Shown one piece after another: positions 9,479-18,914 of a stretch of 64,000 nt of DNA (positions within the stretch are counted from its first letter, which is position 1; each line of letters begins with the position of its first letter). The translations under genes and the position numbers were made by a program. The notes beneath the pieces were generated by a model. It saw only the letters and a program-made list of their open reading frames with translations, had not been told where the DNA came from and made no database searches. This stretch comes from Elusimicrobiota bacterium. Its GTDB lineage: Bacteria; Elusimicrobiota; Elusimicrobia; UBA1565. The stretch covers positions 1 through 64,000 of the forward strand of contig JBDREN010000140.1 in assembly GCA_043819795.1 (NCBI GenBank). The letters are read 5' to 3'.

Positions 9479-10231
9479 TTATGGCATCGGCTTCGGGGAA
9501 GTAGGCGGCTTGTCGCGCAGGCCCACGCGGCCGGCCATGGGCAGCTTGAGGGCCGGTCGCAGGAGGTCGAAGCCGAAGTTCAGGCCGAGCACGTTCACCT
9601 CCAGGCCCTCCGCCGCGCCGAGGCTCAGGCCCAGAAGCCCGAACAGCGAGAGCTGCCATCCCGTCCCGGATTCCGTGATCTCAATCAGGTCGCCCCTGCC
9701 GATCCAGTCCTTGCCCACGGCGTGCGGCGGCAGCTCGACGCGGAGCTCGGGGACGCGCCGCAGGATGAACGAGACGAAGGTATTGCTGTTGGGCCCGGGC
9801 CACGCCCGGTAGCGGCGCGGATAGGGGTACTCCGCCGCGGCCTTCTCGATCTTCGGGATGGCCGACTCGGCCGGAGGCCCGATGAGCTCCGCCACCAGAG
9901 CCGGACGCTTGCCGAACCAGTGCCGGTCGGGCACGTCCTCCGCCACGGCGAGCGCGTCCCGGCCGCGGCGCAGGCGCCACCCGATCACCTGATAGGTCGT
10001 GTAGCGGGCCGCGTCCTTCTTCTTGACCGCGATCCAGGTGTGCACCGCGAAAAGGCCGCGCCAGCGCACGGCGCGGGCGGCGTACACCTGGACCACGGCC
10101 TCCTTCTGCTCTTCGGGCTTGGGCGCGATGCCCGCGCTCTCGCGCGTGGCCGTGCGCCAGTCCGCGGCGCAGGCCGGGATCAGGAGGAGCAGAGATGCGG
10201 CCAGTGAGACGAGCGTTTTCAAGTGCATCAC
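9479..10231 (-). CDS. DUF3750-like secreted protein
   Basis: Signal peptide; WRTATRESAGIAP, VQVYAARAVRWRGLFAVHTWI, YRAWPGPNSNTF motifs. Confidence 0.8.
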   Translation of the reverse strand: MMHLKTLVSLAASLLLLIPACAADWRTATRESAGIAPKPEEQKEAVVQVYAARAVRWRGLFAVHTWIAVKKKDAARYTTYQVIGWRLRRGRDALAVAEDVPDRHWFGKRPALVAELIGPPAESAIPKIEKAAAEYPYPRRYRAWPGPNSNTFVSFILRRVPELRVELPPHAVGKDWIGRGDLIEITESGTGWQLSLFGLLGLSLGAAEGLEVNVLGLNFGFDLLRPALKLPMAGRVGLRDKPPTSPKPMP

Positions 10232-10327
10232 CCTTGCAGCATCTTAATCTTCCCCTTCCATTTTCTCATATTCTGCCCCTCCCCCCTGTGGGTTTCGGCG
10301 TCACTCATTGAGTTCTTTGAGTGTCTA

Positions 10328-11270
10328 GGCGTCAGGCATTGAGTTGTTTGAGTTGTTTGAGTAACTGGAACTCCCAGAGGGGCTCGGTCGTACTAGTGAT
10401 ATGCCGCGCATACCCCGAGTCCACGCTTCCGGCCAGGCCTTCCATGTCGTCTCCCGCGGGAACAAGGGGGCGGACATCTTCACCGACCGTGCCGAGTGGG
10501 CGGCATTCCTGGATACCTTGGCCGCCGTAAAAGGACGCTGGCCCTTCCATCTCCACGCATACTGCCTCATGCCCAACCACTTCCACCTGCTCCTGCGCGT
10601 GTTCGACACCCCCCTGCCTTTCCTGATGCAGCGCGTCTTGTACGCCCATGCGCGGGCCTTCAATCTAAGCCGGGGCGTGGTCGGACACGTATTTCAGGGC
10701 CGCCACAAGGCGATCCTCGTCCGGGACGATCCGCAGTTCCTCGCCACCCTTCGATACATCCATCTGAACCCGGTCCGTGCTGAAATCGCCGAGACACCGG
10801 AGCGGTGGCCTTGGTCGGGCCATCTCGAGCTGATGGGCCGGTCGAGCAGAGACTTGCTGGACACGGCTTTTCCCCTCGCGCTCTTCTCGCCGGACATCGC
10901 CGTCGCCCGACGTGAGTATCGGGATTTTCTCATGCCGGATCGCGAGGAATCGACTCCGATGACGACGCCCTCCACGGACGCTTCGTCACCCCCCTCCGAA
11001 CCCGTCCAGCCCAGCATCGGCGGAGAACCGCTTCCGACTCTGGTTTCGCGAATCGCCCGCGGCACAGGAGTGTCCGCCGAGTCGATCGTCGGGTCCACGC
11101 GAAGAAGGGTCGTGGTTCTTGCAAGGAAGGATTTCGTGCGGGAGGCCGTGCGTCAAGGCCACAGCTGGACCGACCTTGCCCGCTTCCTTAACAGGACTCC
11201 AAGCGGCGTATTCAGGCTCAGCGAGGCCTGAAGTTACTCAAACAACTCAAACAACTCAATGCCTGACGCC
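10328..11270. mobile_element. RAYT/Y1 transposase element with perfect 39-bp terminal inverted repeats
   Basis: 10328-10366 GGCGTCAGGCATTGAGTTGTTTGAGTTGTTTGAGTAACT is the exact reverse complement of 11232-11270; a degenerate direct copy lies at 10297-10326. Confidence 0.85.
10401..11231 (+). CDS. REP-associated (Y1/HUH) tyrosine transposase with C-terminal HTH
   Basis: FHVVSRGN, AYCLMPNHFHLL (HUH), GHVFQGR, YIHLNPVRA (catalytic Tyr), WPWS; C-terminal ARKDF...WTDLARFLNRTPSGV helix-turn-helix. Confidence 0.9.
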   Translation: MPRIPRVHASGQAFHVVSRGNKGADIFTDRAEWAAFLDTLAAVKGRWPFHLHAYCLMPNHFHLLLRVFDTPLPFLMQRVLYAHARAFNLSRGVVGHVFQGRHKAILVRDDPQFLATLRYIHLNPVRAEIAETPERWPWSGHLELMGRSSRDLLDTAFPLALFSPDIAVARREYRDFLMPDREESTPMTTPSTDASSPPSEPVQPSIGGEPLPTLVSRIARGTGVSAESIVGSTRRRVVVLARKDFVREAVRQGHSWTDLARFLNRTPSGVFRLSEA

Positions 11271-11272
11271 GG

Positions 11273-12499
11273 TCAGTCGCCTCTCTGGGGCGGGATGTAT
11301 TCCTTCTGGGGCTCGATGAAATACGTGTAGGGGCCCATCCATCCGGTGAAGAAGAACTTCCGCAGGATGGAAACGACGGCCTCCCCCTCCACGATCACGC
11401 CGAGGTTGCGCGAGCTGTGGAAGTAGCCCTTGCTCCAGTTGCTGCTGCCGATCCAGGCCGCGGACTTGTCGGCCACGAGCATCTTCAGATGCTCCATGCG
11501 GGCGAACGGCACGTAGCCCTGGCTCCACATGGGGATGGTGTTCAGCTTCACCTCGATGTCGGGAAGGACCGCCAGGCTCTTGAGGTGATGGATCCTCGGA
11601 GGGCGCGTGTTCCAGTCGGAGGCGATCATCTTGACCTTGACGCCGCGGGCGGCCGCCCGCCTCAGCGCGTTGTCCAAGGCCGGGTAGAACTCCCCGTTCC
11701 GCTCGACCGGGTTGTAGCCCGGGACCTGGACCAGGATCTCCTTCTTGGCGCCGTCCAACAGCCGCAGGATGTGCTTCTCGGCGAACAGCTCCTCATCGGG
11801 GATGAGGCCCGTGGGGCTGAAGACCGGCGTGAGCTCCACGGGCTGGCCTCCCGGCCCGGAGACCTTGAACGGAGCCTTGTATGCCTTGCTCTTCACCCTC
11901 TTCTTCGCGGATTCCGGGTCTTCGGCCTCGCATAGGGCCCAGTCCAGATCGAACAGGTCCGAGACGACGCGGGCGAACGCCGCGTGGTCCACGCGCACCC
12001 CCAGCTCGCGGATGTGCTTCAGGGCGCGCCAGTCGAAGTTCGCGCTTCCCAGGAACACCCGCTCGCCGTCCACGATGAAGTACTTCGCGTGCATGACGCC
12101 CTTGGTCAGGGCGTCCATGTCGATGGTCCGCATGGAGACGTTCTTGTCCTTGCCCAGAAGGTCCAGGGTCTCCGGATAGATCTTTTGGTACTTCGCGTCC
12201 GCGATGATCCGGACCTTGACTCCGCGCGCGGCCGCGGCTTGGACGGCGCGGATGATCTTTTCCAGCGGCTCTCCGGGCTCGTTGGCCACGTAGAACTGCG
12301 CGATATCAAGGGTCTTTCTCGCGCCCTCGATCATCTCCAGCCATACGGCCGGGGTGTTCCGTATGTCCGGATGGTCCAGCATGGTCTCCACCGGGACGCT
12401 CTCCACGATCTCGATCGCGGGATCCGCGGCCCGGGCTCGAGACGCGGCCGAGGCAAGGACGGCGATCGCCGCGATCCGCAGGATGGCTGAAAGGTTCAT
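11273..12499 (-). CDS. Secreted phospholipase D family protein (PLD3/K4-like)
   Basis: Signal peptide; IVESVP, two HKD motifs (HAKYFIVD, HLKMLVAD), GSANFDWR; AAGGAGG SD before MNLSAIL. Confidence 0.88.
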   Translation of the reverse strand: MNLSAILRIAAIAVLASAASRARAADPAIEIVESVPVETMLDHPDIRNTPAVWLEMIEGARKTLDIAQFYVANEPGEPLEKIIRAVQAAAARGVKVRIIADAKYQKIYPETLDLLGKDKNVSMRTIDMDALTKGVMHAKYFIVDGERVFLGSANFDWRALKHIRELGVRVDHAAFARVVSDLFDLDWALCEAEDPESAKKRVKSKAYKAPFKVSGPGGQPVELTPVFSPTGLIPDEELFAEKHILRLLDGAKKEILVQVPGYNPVERNGEFYPALDNALRRAAARGVKVKMIASDWNTRPPRIHHLKSLAVLPDIEVKLNTIPMWSQGYVPFARMEHLKMLVADKSAAWIGSSNWSKGYFHSSRNLGVIVEGEAVVSILRKFFFTGWMGPYTYFIEPQKEYIPPQRGD

Positions 12500-12513
12500 A
12501 GATTCCTCCTTGG

Positions 12514-13491
12514 TCAGGTTGCTCCGACACGGTCCCGGCCGCGCATGCGCCGGTAGGACCTGTTGAGAAGGCTGTCGCTCCCGCAGACGAGGAGCGACTC
12601 CGCCAGAAGCCAGTTGGTCTGCGCCTGGGGCACCATGATGACCCGCTCCGGATCCAGGGGATTGCCCTCGCGAAGAAGGGCGACGGTCTTGACCCCGATC
12701 CAGACGGGCCAGATGCAGGCGAGGCGGAGCCTCCACAACCCGGACGGGATGCTCAGGGTGTAGCGCCAGGCGGCGTCAAGGTGGTCCGACGCGATGTCGA
12801 GCCAGCGCGCGTACTCCCCGCGGACGCGGGGAAAGTTCCCGGGATCCAGGAGAGAGCGCGGATCGGCGACCGGCAGGTAGCAGCGTCCGATCCTCAGGTC
12901 CCGGGGGATGTCCCGCAGGACGTTGACGAGCTGCAGCCCCTTGCCGAAACGGATCCCCAGCCGGGCCATGGCCTCGACGTCCCAGGAGCTCAGCCCCGGA
13001 AGATGCGCCGCGCACATCCTGGTCCAGAACTCCCCCACGCAGCCGGCCACCATGAAGGCGTAGCGGTCGAGCTCCGCGTCGTCCGACAAGGCCGTGACCT
13101 CTCCCGCGTCCTCCCCCGGGAAACGCTCGAGGTCGAAGATCTGCCCGCCGATGACGGTGTCGAGCAGCCCGTCGATCAGCTCCCTGTCCGCGGCGGAGAA
13201 GGACGCCTTGAGCTCCATGCATTCGTCGAGCCTTTCCAGCAGCTCGCGCTCGGCGGGCAGGCCCTGGTCGGCGGCCAGCTCGCGGACCGGCTTCGTCCGC
13301 CCTTCTCTCATCCGGCGCAGGAGCTCGAGCCGCTTCTCGCGCGGCGCGACCTTGGTGTCCGCCACCGTGTCGCTGGCCCGCGCCAGCAGATAGGCGAGCG
13401 AGATCTGCGGACGCAGCTCACGCGGCAGCACGCGAAGGGTGAGGTAGAAGGAGCGCGAGACGCCCTTGAGCAGGGGATATAAGGGATCCAT
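12514..13491 (-). CDS. Squalene/phytoene synthase family protein
   Basis: LKGVSRSFYLT, YLLARASDTVAD, YAFMVAGCVGEFW, GLQLVNVLRD, GRCYLP. Confidence 0.88.
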   Translation of the reverse strand: MDPLYPLLKGVSRSFYLTLRVLPRELRPQISLAYLLARASDTVADTKVAPREKRLELLRRMREGRTKPVRELAADQGLPAERELLERLDECMELKASFSAADRELIDGLLDTVIGGQIFDLERFPGEDAGEVTALSDDAELDRYAFMVAGCVGEFWTRMCAAHLPGLSSWDVEAMARLGIRFGKGLQLVNVLRDIPRDLRIGRCYLPVADPRSLLDPGNFPRVRGEYARWLDIASDHLDAAWRYTLSIPSGLWRLRLACIWPVWIGVKTVALLREGNPLDPERVIMVPQAQTNWLLAESLLVCGSDSLLNRSYRRMRGRDRVGAT

Positions 13492-13602
13492 GAGCCGGCG
13501 GCTTCCAGATGGTAAGCATAGCTCTTTGGAGACCGCGGGGACAACGGACCGCATTTTGCCTATAATATCCTCCGGCGGTCGCGCCGACCGGAGGAGCATG
13601 TC

Positions 13603-15111
13603 ATGGCCAAACAAGGGTTCACCCCCCAGGAAAAAAATTTCCCCGAGTGGTACCAAGAGGTCATCGCCGCCGCCGACGGGATGATCTACGAGGCCCCGGT
13701 GAGGGGCTGCTACACTCTGGGGCCCCTGGCGACCGAGCTCTGGTTCCACCGCATCGTTCCGGTGATGGACTCCTGGATCAAGCGGCTGGGGGTGCAGAAC
13801 ATCACGCTGCCGTTATTCATCCCCAACAGCTACCTGGAGAGCGAGAAGGAGCACGTCGAGGGTTTCAAGCCCGAATGCGCGGTGGTGACCCACGCCGGAG
13901 GCGAGAAGCTCGCGGAGCCCTACGTCGTCCGTCCCACGAGCGAGACCCTCTTCGTCGACCTTTTCGGCAAGATCCTGCATACCTACCGGGACCTGCCCAT
14001 CCTGTTCAACCAGTGGTGCAACATCTGCCGCTGGGAGAAGCGCCCGCGCGCGTTCCTCCGGACCGCGGAGTTCTTCTGGCAGGAAGGGCACACGATCCAC
14101 GAGACCTGGGACGAGGCGACGGGCTTCGCCCACCGGATACTGACGGACGTGTACGCCCGCTTCGCGCGGGAGATGCTGGCCATCCCGGTCGTCACGGGCG
14201 AGAAGCCCCCCTCGGAGCGCTTCGCCGGGGCGGAGCACACCTACTCCATCGAGGCGATGATGAGCAACGGCTGGGCTCTGCAGGCGGGCACCACCCACGT
14301 CCTGAGCCAGAGGTTCTTCGGCGACCCCGCCAATCCCGCCAAGTGCCGCGTAAAATTCGCGGGCAGGGACGGAACGCTCCAGGTGCCCTTCTACACCTCC
14401 TGGGGGGTCTCCACCAGGATGATCGGGGGCATCATCATGGTCCACGGCGACAACCAGGGCATCGTGCTCCCGCCCCGGATCGCGCCCACCCAGGCGGCCG
14501 TCCTCACGCTGCAGGCCGACAAGAACCCGGCCGTGATGGAGGCGGCGACCGAAGCGGCCAGGCGGATCGCGGGCGTCCTGGAAGAGCCCGCGCGCACGGG
14601 GAAGTTCCTGCGCCTAAGCGGGGAGCGCCGCGTGCTGATCGACGACAGGACCGCCACTCTGGGAGAGAAGCACTACTACCACGAAAAGCAGGGGACCCCG
14701 ATCCGCATCGAGATCGGGCCCAAGGACGCGGAGAAGAAGCAGTGCGTCGTGGTGGACAGGATCGCCGGCAGGGCGGGCAAGGAGTTCGTCCCGTTCGGCG
14801 GCCTCAAGGAGCACGTCGCCGCGCGCCTGGAGAAGATCCACGAAGGCCTCTACCGGAGAGCCCTGGACCGGATGAAGGCGAAGACGAGGCCCGTGGGCAG
14901 CTGGGGCGAGCTGGCGGAGGGCATCAACGGCGGGTTCTTCTGCGAGGGCTACATAGACACGGGCACGCCGGAGGCCGAGGACAGGCTCAAGCGGGAGCTC
15001 AAAGCCACGCTCCGCGTCCATCCCTTCGACGGCGAGGAGCCGAAGCCGGGCGTGTGCCTCGTCACCGGCAAGCCGGTCCCGAAGCCCGTCATCATCGCCA
15101 GGAACTACTGA
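13603..15111 (+). CDS. proS: Proline--tRNA ligase (archaeal/eukaryotic type)
   Basis: EKEHVEGF, VRPTSET, NQWCNICRWE, FLRTAEFFWQEGHT, LQAGTTH, TSWGVSTR, C-terminal ARNY. Confidence 0.95.
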   Translation: MAKQGFTPQEKNFPEWYQEVIAAADGMIYEAPVRGCYTLGPLATELWFHRIVPVMDSWIKRLGVQNITLPLFIPNSYLESEKEHVEGFKPECAVVTHAGGEKLAEPYVVRPTSETLFVDLFGKILHTYRDLPILFNQWCNICRWEKRPRAFLRTAEFFWQEGHTIHETWDEATGFAHRILTDVYARFAREMLAIPVVTGEKPPSERFAGAEHTYSIEAMMSNGWALQAGTTHVLSQRFFGDPANPAKCRVKFAGRDGTLQVPFYTSWGVSTRMIGGIIMVHGDNQGIVLPPRIAPTQAAVLTLQADKNPAVMEAATEAARRIAGVLEEPARTGKFLRLSGERRVLIDDRTATLGEKHYYHEKQGTPIRIEIGPKDAEKKQCVVVDRIAGRAGKEFVPFGGLKEHVAARLEKIHEGLYRRALDRMKAKTRPVGSWGELAEGINGGFFCEGYIDTGTPEAEDRLKRELKATLRVHPFDGEEPKPGVCLVTGKPVPKPVIIARNY

Positions 15112-15169
15112 GCGGCCTAGCAGCCCGTGGCAAAAGTATTTCGGATGGCGAACTAGCGAGGAACGGCGC

Positions 15170-15604
15170 GTGACAGGCGGCAAGAGATCACCGGCCGGCC
15201 CCCGCCGGCGGCGCGGGCCCTCCCCGGGGGCGCGGGTCTCCCGTGAAGAGTTCCTCCGGCTCGCCGAGCGCGCCTTCGCCGAGATCCCCCCCTCCTTCCG
15301 GGACAGCCTGGTCAACGTCGAGCTCGCCGTCCGCGCCGCTCCCGGCCCGGAGGCCGGCCGCTGGCGCGGCTCGCGGGACCTCCTCGGCCTCTACGAGGGC
15401 CCCACGCGCGAGGAGATGCTCTACCCCGACGCCGGCGCGCACCTTCCTGCGCGCGTCGTGCTCTATCAGCGCAACATCGAGGCCGCCTGCCGGACGCGCC
15501 CGGAGCTCATCGGCGAGATACGCACGACGCTGCGCCACGAGCTCGCCCACCACTTCGGCTTCAGCGACGAGGACCTACGGGAGCGCTGGCCGGAGGGAGC
15601 GTGA
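15170..15604 (+). CDS. Zincin-like metallopeptidase
   Basis: LLGLYEG, VVLYQRNIE, HELAHHFG (HExxH). Confidence 0.85.
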   Translation: MTGGKRSPAGPRRRRGPSPGARVSREEFLRLAERAFAEIPPSFRDSLVNVELAVRAAPGPEAGRWRGSRDLLGLYEGPTREEMLYPDAGAHLPARVVLYQRNIEAACRTRPELIGEIRTTLRHELAHHFGFSDEDLRERWPEGA

Positions 15605-15960
15605 GGCGTTCCGTCGCGGGCCTGGCGCTGCTGGCGGGAGGGCTGCTCCTCGGCGGCTGCGCCGGGGCGGGGACGCGCAAAGCCTCGTTAGGAGAGCGGT
15701 TCTCCGTCTCGCTAGAGTCCAACCCCACCACCGGATACGGCTGGCGCCTGGCCCGCCCCCTGGACGGCACGGTCCTGGAGCTGGTCGACTCCGGCTACGA
15801 GGATCCGCCGCCGGGCCTCGTAGGACGGGGCGGCAGGGAGATCTGGACCTTCAAGGCGGTCGGCCGCGGCCGGGCGACGATCGAGCTCGAATACACGCGC
15901 CCCTGGGAGAAAGGAAAGCCCCCCGTTCGAAGGGAGCTTGTCCCGGTCAAGGTGCGCTGA
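15601..15960 (+). CDS. Chagasin-like (I42) protease inhibitor lipoprotein
   Basis: Lipobox LGGC; LESNPTTGYGW, GLVGRGG, YTRPWE motifs. Confidence 0.88.
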   Translation: MRRSVAGLALLAGGLLLGGCAGAGTRKASLGERFSVSLESNPTTGYGWRLARPLDGTVLELVDSGYEDPPPGLVGRGGREIWTFKAVGRGRATIELEYTRPWEKGKPPVRRELVPVKVR

Positions 15961-15971
15961 AGAGAAGGCTC

Positions 15972-16475
15972 CTACGCCTCCGAGGAGAATCCCACGAGGC
16001 CGCTGACGAAGAGCGACAGGATGAAGATGGAGCAGGCCTTCACGCCCGCCACGGCCCAAGACATAGCGGTGTACTCGCCCAACACCCCGTGCGCCACGAG
16101 CAGGAACACGCCCACGGCCGCGCCGGTGATGCTCGCGTCGCGCCGGGACTGGTAGAGGGCCGGCCCGATCGCCATCAGCAGCAGAAGCAGCCAGATCGGG
16201 GGCCACGCGGCGTAAAGCAGCCAGATCAGGCAGATGTTCACCACGTAGTTGGACACCACGCGGATCTTCCCGATGAGACCGATGTTCCGCTGCAGCATGA
16301 AGATGGACATGTAGTTCATGAAGACGGAGTAGCCGATCAGCGCCGCGCAGACGATGACCGCGAACTTCGAGAGGGACGCGACGAACAGGCCGGGCACGAC
16401 CACCAGGATGGCGAGCGGGGTCAGATGGTTGTTTACGTGCTTGAACCTCTCGTAAGACGCCTTTTCTTTTTCCAC
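15972..16475 (-). CDS. Multi-TM membrane protein, paralog of 17208-17744 and 21580-22614
   Basis: About 5-6 hydrophobic segments; HVNNHLTPLAILVVVPGLFVA; GTG start after GGGAGG. Confidence 0.75.
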   Translation of the reverse strand: MEKEKASYERFKHVNNHLTPLAILVVVPGLFVASLSKFAVIVCAALIGYSVFMNYMSIFMLQRNIGLIGKIRVVSNYVVNICLIWLLYAAWPPIWLLLLLMAIGPALYQSRRDASITGAAVGVFLLVAHGVLGEYTAMSWAVAGVKACSIFILSLFVSGLVGFSSEA

Positions 16476-16706
16476 GTGGACCTCCCGAGACTTCTCCTCC
16501 GCCGTTTCTTGCGGTCCCATTCTACCATACATGCGGAGTCCCCGGTCAACGGAAGAAGCCCGGCGCCTTCCATGTGACCAAAGTCTTATTGAAAAGCCCG
16601 GAAATCCCGGGTATCACATGGGGAGCCTGGACGGGGCCCTCGGCGCCGCCGCGCGAGGGGGCGGATGCCGCTTATCCCGGGAGACGCTCACGAACAGAAA
16701 GTGCCG

Positions 16707-17174
16707 ATGAGGAGCAAGGCCCGGGCCGGGCGCGGCTTCACTTTGGTCGAGATGATGATCGTCATCACGACCATGGGGATTCTCGCGTCCGTCTTCGCCC
16801 CGAAATTCGGGGACATCCTCGAGAAATCCCAGGAAGGGGCGACCAAGGGAAAACTGGGCTCCATCCGGTCCGCGGTCACGATCTACTACGCCGACAACGA
16901 GGGCCGGTTCCCGTCCGCCGAGAAGAGCAAGAAGGGCTCCCCCGTCCTCCAGGATGCCCTGGTCCCCAAATACCTGAGCGACATCCCCGAGGCCCGCGTC
17001 GCGTCCCACCACCCCCCCTCCAGGCTCGTCCACGCCATGGAGAAGGCCCCCGACAAGAAGCACGACAACGGCTACTGGGGATACGGCAGCGTGGAGACGG
17101 GAGCCGGATGGGGCAACGTCTGGGTCCTGTGCAATCACACCGACAGCAAAGGGACCCTCTGGACCACCTACTAG
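16707..17174 (+). CDS. Type IV pilin/pseudopilin-like protein
   Basis: Prepilin cleavage motif RG|FTLVEMMIVI, then APKF and GATKGKLGSIRSAVTIYY. Confidence 0.88.
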   Translation: MRSKARAGRGFTLVEMMIVITTMGILASVFAPKFGDILEKSQEGATKGKLGSIRSAVTIYYADNEGRFPSAEKSKKGSPVLQDALVPKYLSDIPEARVASHHPPSRLVHAMEKAPDKKHDNGYWGYGSVETGAGWGNVWVLCNHTDSKGTLWTTY

Positions 17175-17207
17175 AGGGATGCGGCCGGGAACCTCTCGCC
17201 GACCAGG

Positions 17208-17744
17208 CTAGCCGGCGGCCGCCTCTTCCGCGGCGGGCTTGGCGGACTCCGAGGCGATCTGCAGCAACCCGTTGACGAACAGGTTGAACAGGACGATCAC
17301 GCAGGCCTTCACGCACGCGTTGGTCCAGTCGATGAGGGTCGACCCCCCGTAGGCCCAGTGCACCGCGAGCAGCAGGATGGAGATCGCGATCCCGGTGCGC
17401 AGGGAGTCCCGCCGGTTCTGGTAGACGGCCACGCCGATCGACATCAGGACCAGGAGGACCCACACCAGGGGCCAGACCGAATAAAGCAGCCAGAGCAGGC
17501 AGATGTTGACCACGTAGTTCGAGCCCACCCTGAGGCCGCTGGCGAGGGTGATGTCGCGCTTCATGAGGTAGAGAGAGAGGTAGTTGAAGATCACGGAATA
17601 GGTGATGAGCACCGCGCTGGGGATCAAGACGAGCTTCGAGAGCGGCGCCACGAACAGGCCCGGCACCACGATCAGGACGGCGAGCGGCGTCAAGTGATCG
17701 TTCACATGACGGATCTTCTCGGTGGACAGAAGGTCTCTAGGCAT
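17208..17744 (-). CDS. Multi-TM membrane protein (same family)
   Basis: HVNDHLTPLAVLIVVPGLFVA...SNYVVNICLLWLLY; close paralog of 15972-16475. Confidence 0.75.
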   Translation of the reverse strand: MPRDLLSTEKIRHVNDHLTPLAVLIVVPGLFVAPLSKLVLIPSAVLITYSVIFNYLSLYLMKRDITLASGLRVGSNYVVNICLLWLLYSVWPLVWVLLVLMSIGVAVYQNRRDSLRTGIAISILLLAVHWAYGGSTLIDWTNACVKACVIVLFNLFVNGLLQIASESAKPAAEEAAAG

Positions 17745-17867
17745 GGCACCCCCTACGGCGGATTCGCGATCGGCCGGCCCCCGTGATCGCCGCGCGGCGG
17801 GCCGGCCCGCCATCACGACAGAGTATTATAACTCAAAAAAACCGCATTCAAACGCTAACGCTCGGCG

Positions 17868-18176
17868 TCATCCCCGCGACCGGCCGGCCGGATCCTCGAT
17901 CCACCGGCCGTAGCACGCGGCGCACAGGCACAAGAACAGCCGGCGATAGACCTGATCGACCAGCTCCTGGTCGGACTTATCCCGCATGAGGGCCGTGAGG
18001 CGCTCGACCTCCTTGCCCACGTCCCGGGAAAGCTCCTCCTCGGTGATTACCGGGGGCGTCGGATCCGACACGGCGTCGATCCGGATCACGTAGAAGTTCC
18101 CTCTGCCCGGCTCGATCGGCTTTTCGCAGCGGGCGCACGCCAAAGGCCGCTCATCGCCAGGCTCCGGCCGCTCCAT
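17868..18176 (-). CDS. Small putative zinc-binding protein
   Basis: CARC...CAAC pairs; GGGA upstream. Confidence 0.6.
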   Translation of the reverse strand: MERPEPGDERPLACARCEKPIEPGRGNFYVIRIDAVSDPTPPVITEEELSRDVGKEVERLTALMRDKSDQELVDQVYRRLFLCLCAACYGRWIEDPAGRSRG

Positions 18177-18179
18177 CCC

Positions 18180-18914
18180 TTAATGAGGCCCGGAGGCCCC
18201 GTCCTCCATTGAAGACGGCCCCGGCGCCGCTTTCCTCTCGGCGGCCTCGACCATGACTTCGCGGAAGACCGGGGACGCGAGGAGCTTGCTCAAAGCGTCC
18301 TCGATGGACTTCTCCACGGTGGGCGCCGGAGGTCTCGGCTCGACGGGCTCGGCGCTCCGCCAATCCGCCGGGCTGTCGTAGATCTTCTTGGCGTAGGCCC
18401 CCTTCAGCCTCAGGGGCTCCGGCATCAGCGGCCTTCCCGTCCGGTCGCGCAGGCGGACCACGAGGTGCGTGGCGCCGCGGTACTTGGTGAAGGTGGCGCT
18501 CACCGCGCAGCGGGTGATCTCCCCGCTGATGACCACGTCCGCGTCCCTGCCGCCGGCGGAGTCATCGGCCGAGACCGGGCGGACGTTCTCCATGCGCCCG
18601 AGACCGTAGAGCAGCCCCCGGTGCAGGACGCCGCGGATCTCGCGCGGCTGGGCGTGGCGGCCCAAACCCTCGGCCTCGCGGCTCCAGACGCGGTCCACCG
18701 AAGGATACTTGATCTCACGCCTGTCCTTGAAGCGCAGGACCATCACCCGGACCGGCCGCGCCAGGGGAAGGTGCGGGGCGGAAGGCTCCGGACGGTACGT
18801 GCCCAGCTGCGGTTCGGTGAACGGCTTGGGAGTGCTCTTGCGCACGCCGACGCCGGGAGGCGCGCTGCATCCGGCCGCGAGGACGAGCAGCGCGAGGAGC
18901 GCTACTGACGGCAT
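18180..18914 (-). CDS. Hypothetical lipoprotein
   Basis: MPSVALLALLVLAAGC lipobox; GAGGGGG SD; overlaps the upstream stop. Confidence 0.7.
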   Translation of the reverse strand: MPSVALLALLVLAAGCSAPPGVGVRKSTPKPFTEPQLGTYRPEPSAPHLPLARPVRVMVLRFKDRREIKYPSVDRVWSREAEGLGRHAQPREIRGVLHRGLLYGLGRMENVRPVSADDSAGGRDADVVISGEITRCAVSATFTKYRGATHLVVRLRDRTGRPLMPEPLRLKGAYAKKIYDSPADWRSAEPVEPRPPAPTVEKSIEDALSKLLASPVFREVMVEAAERKAAPGPSSMEDGASGPH

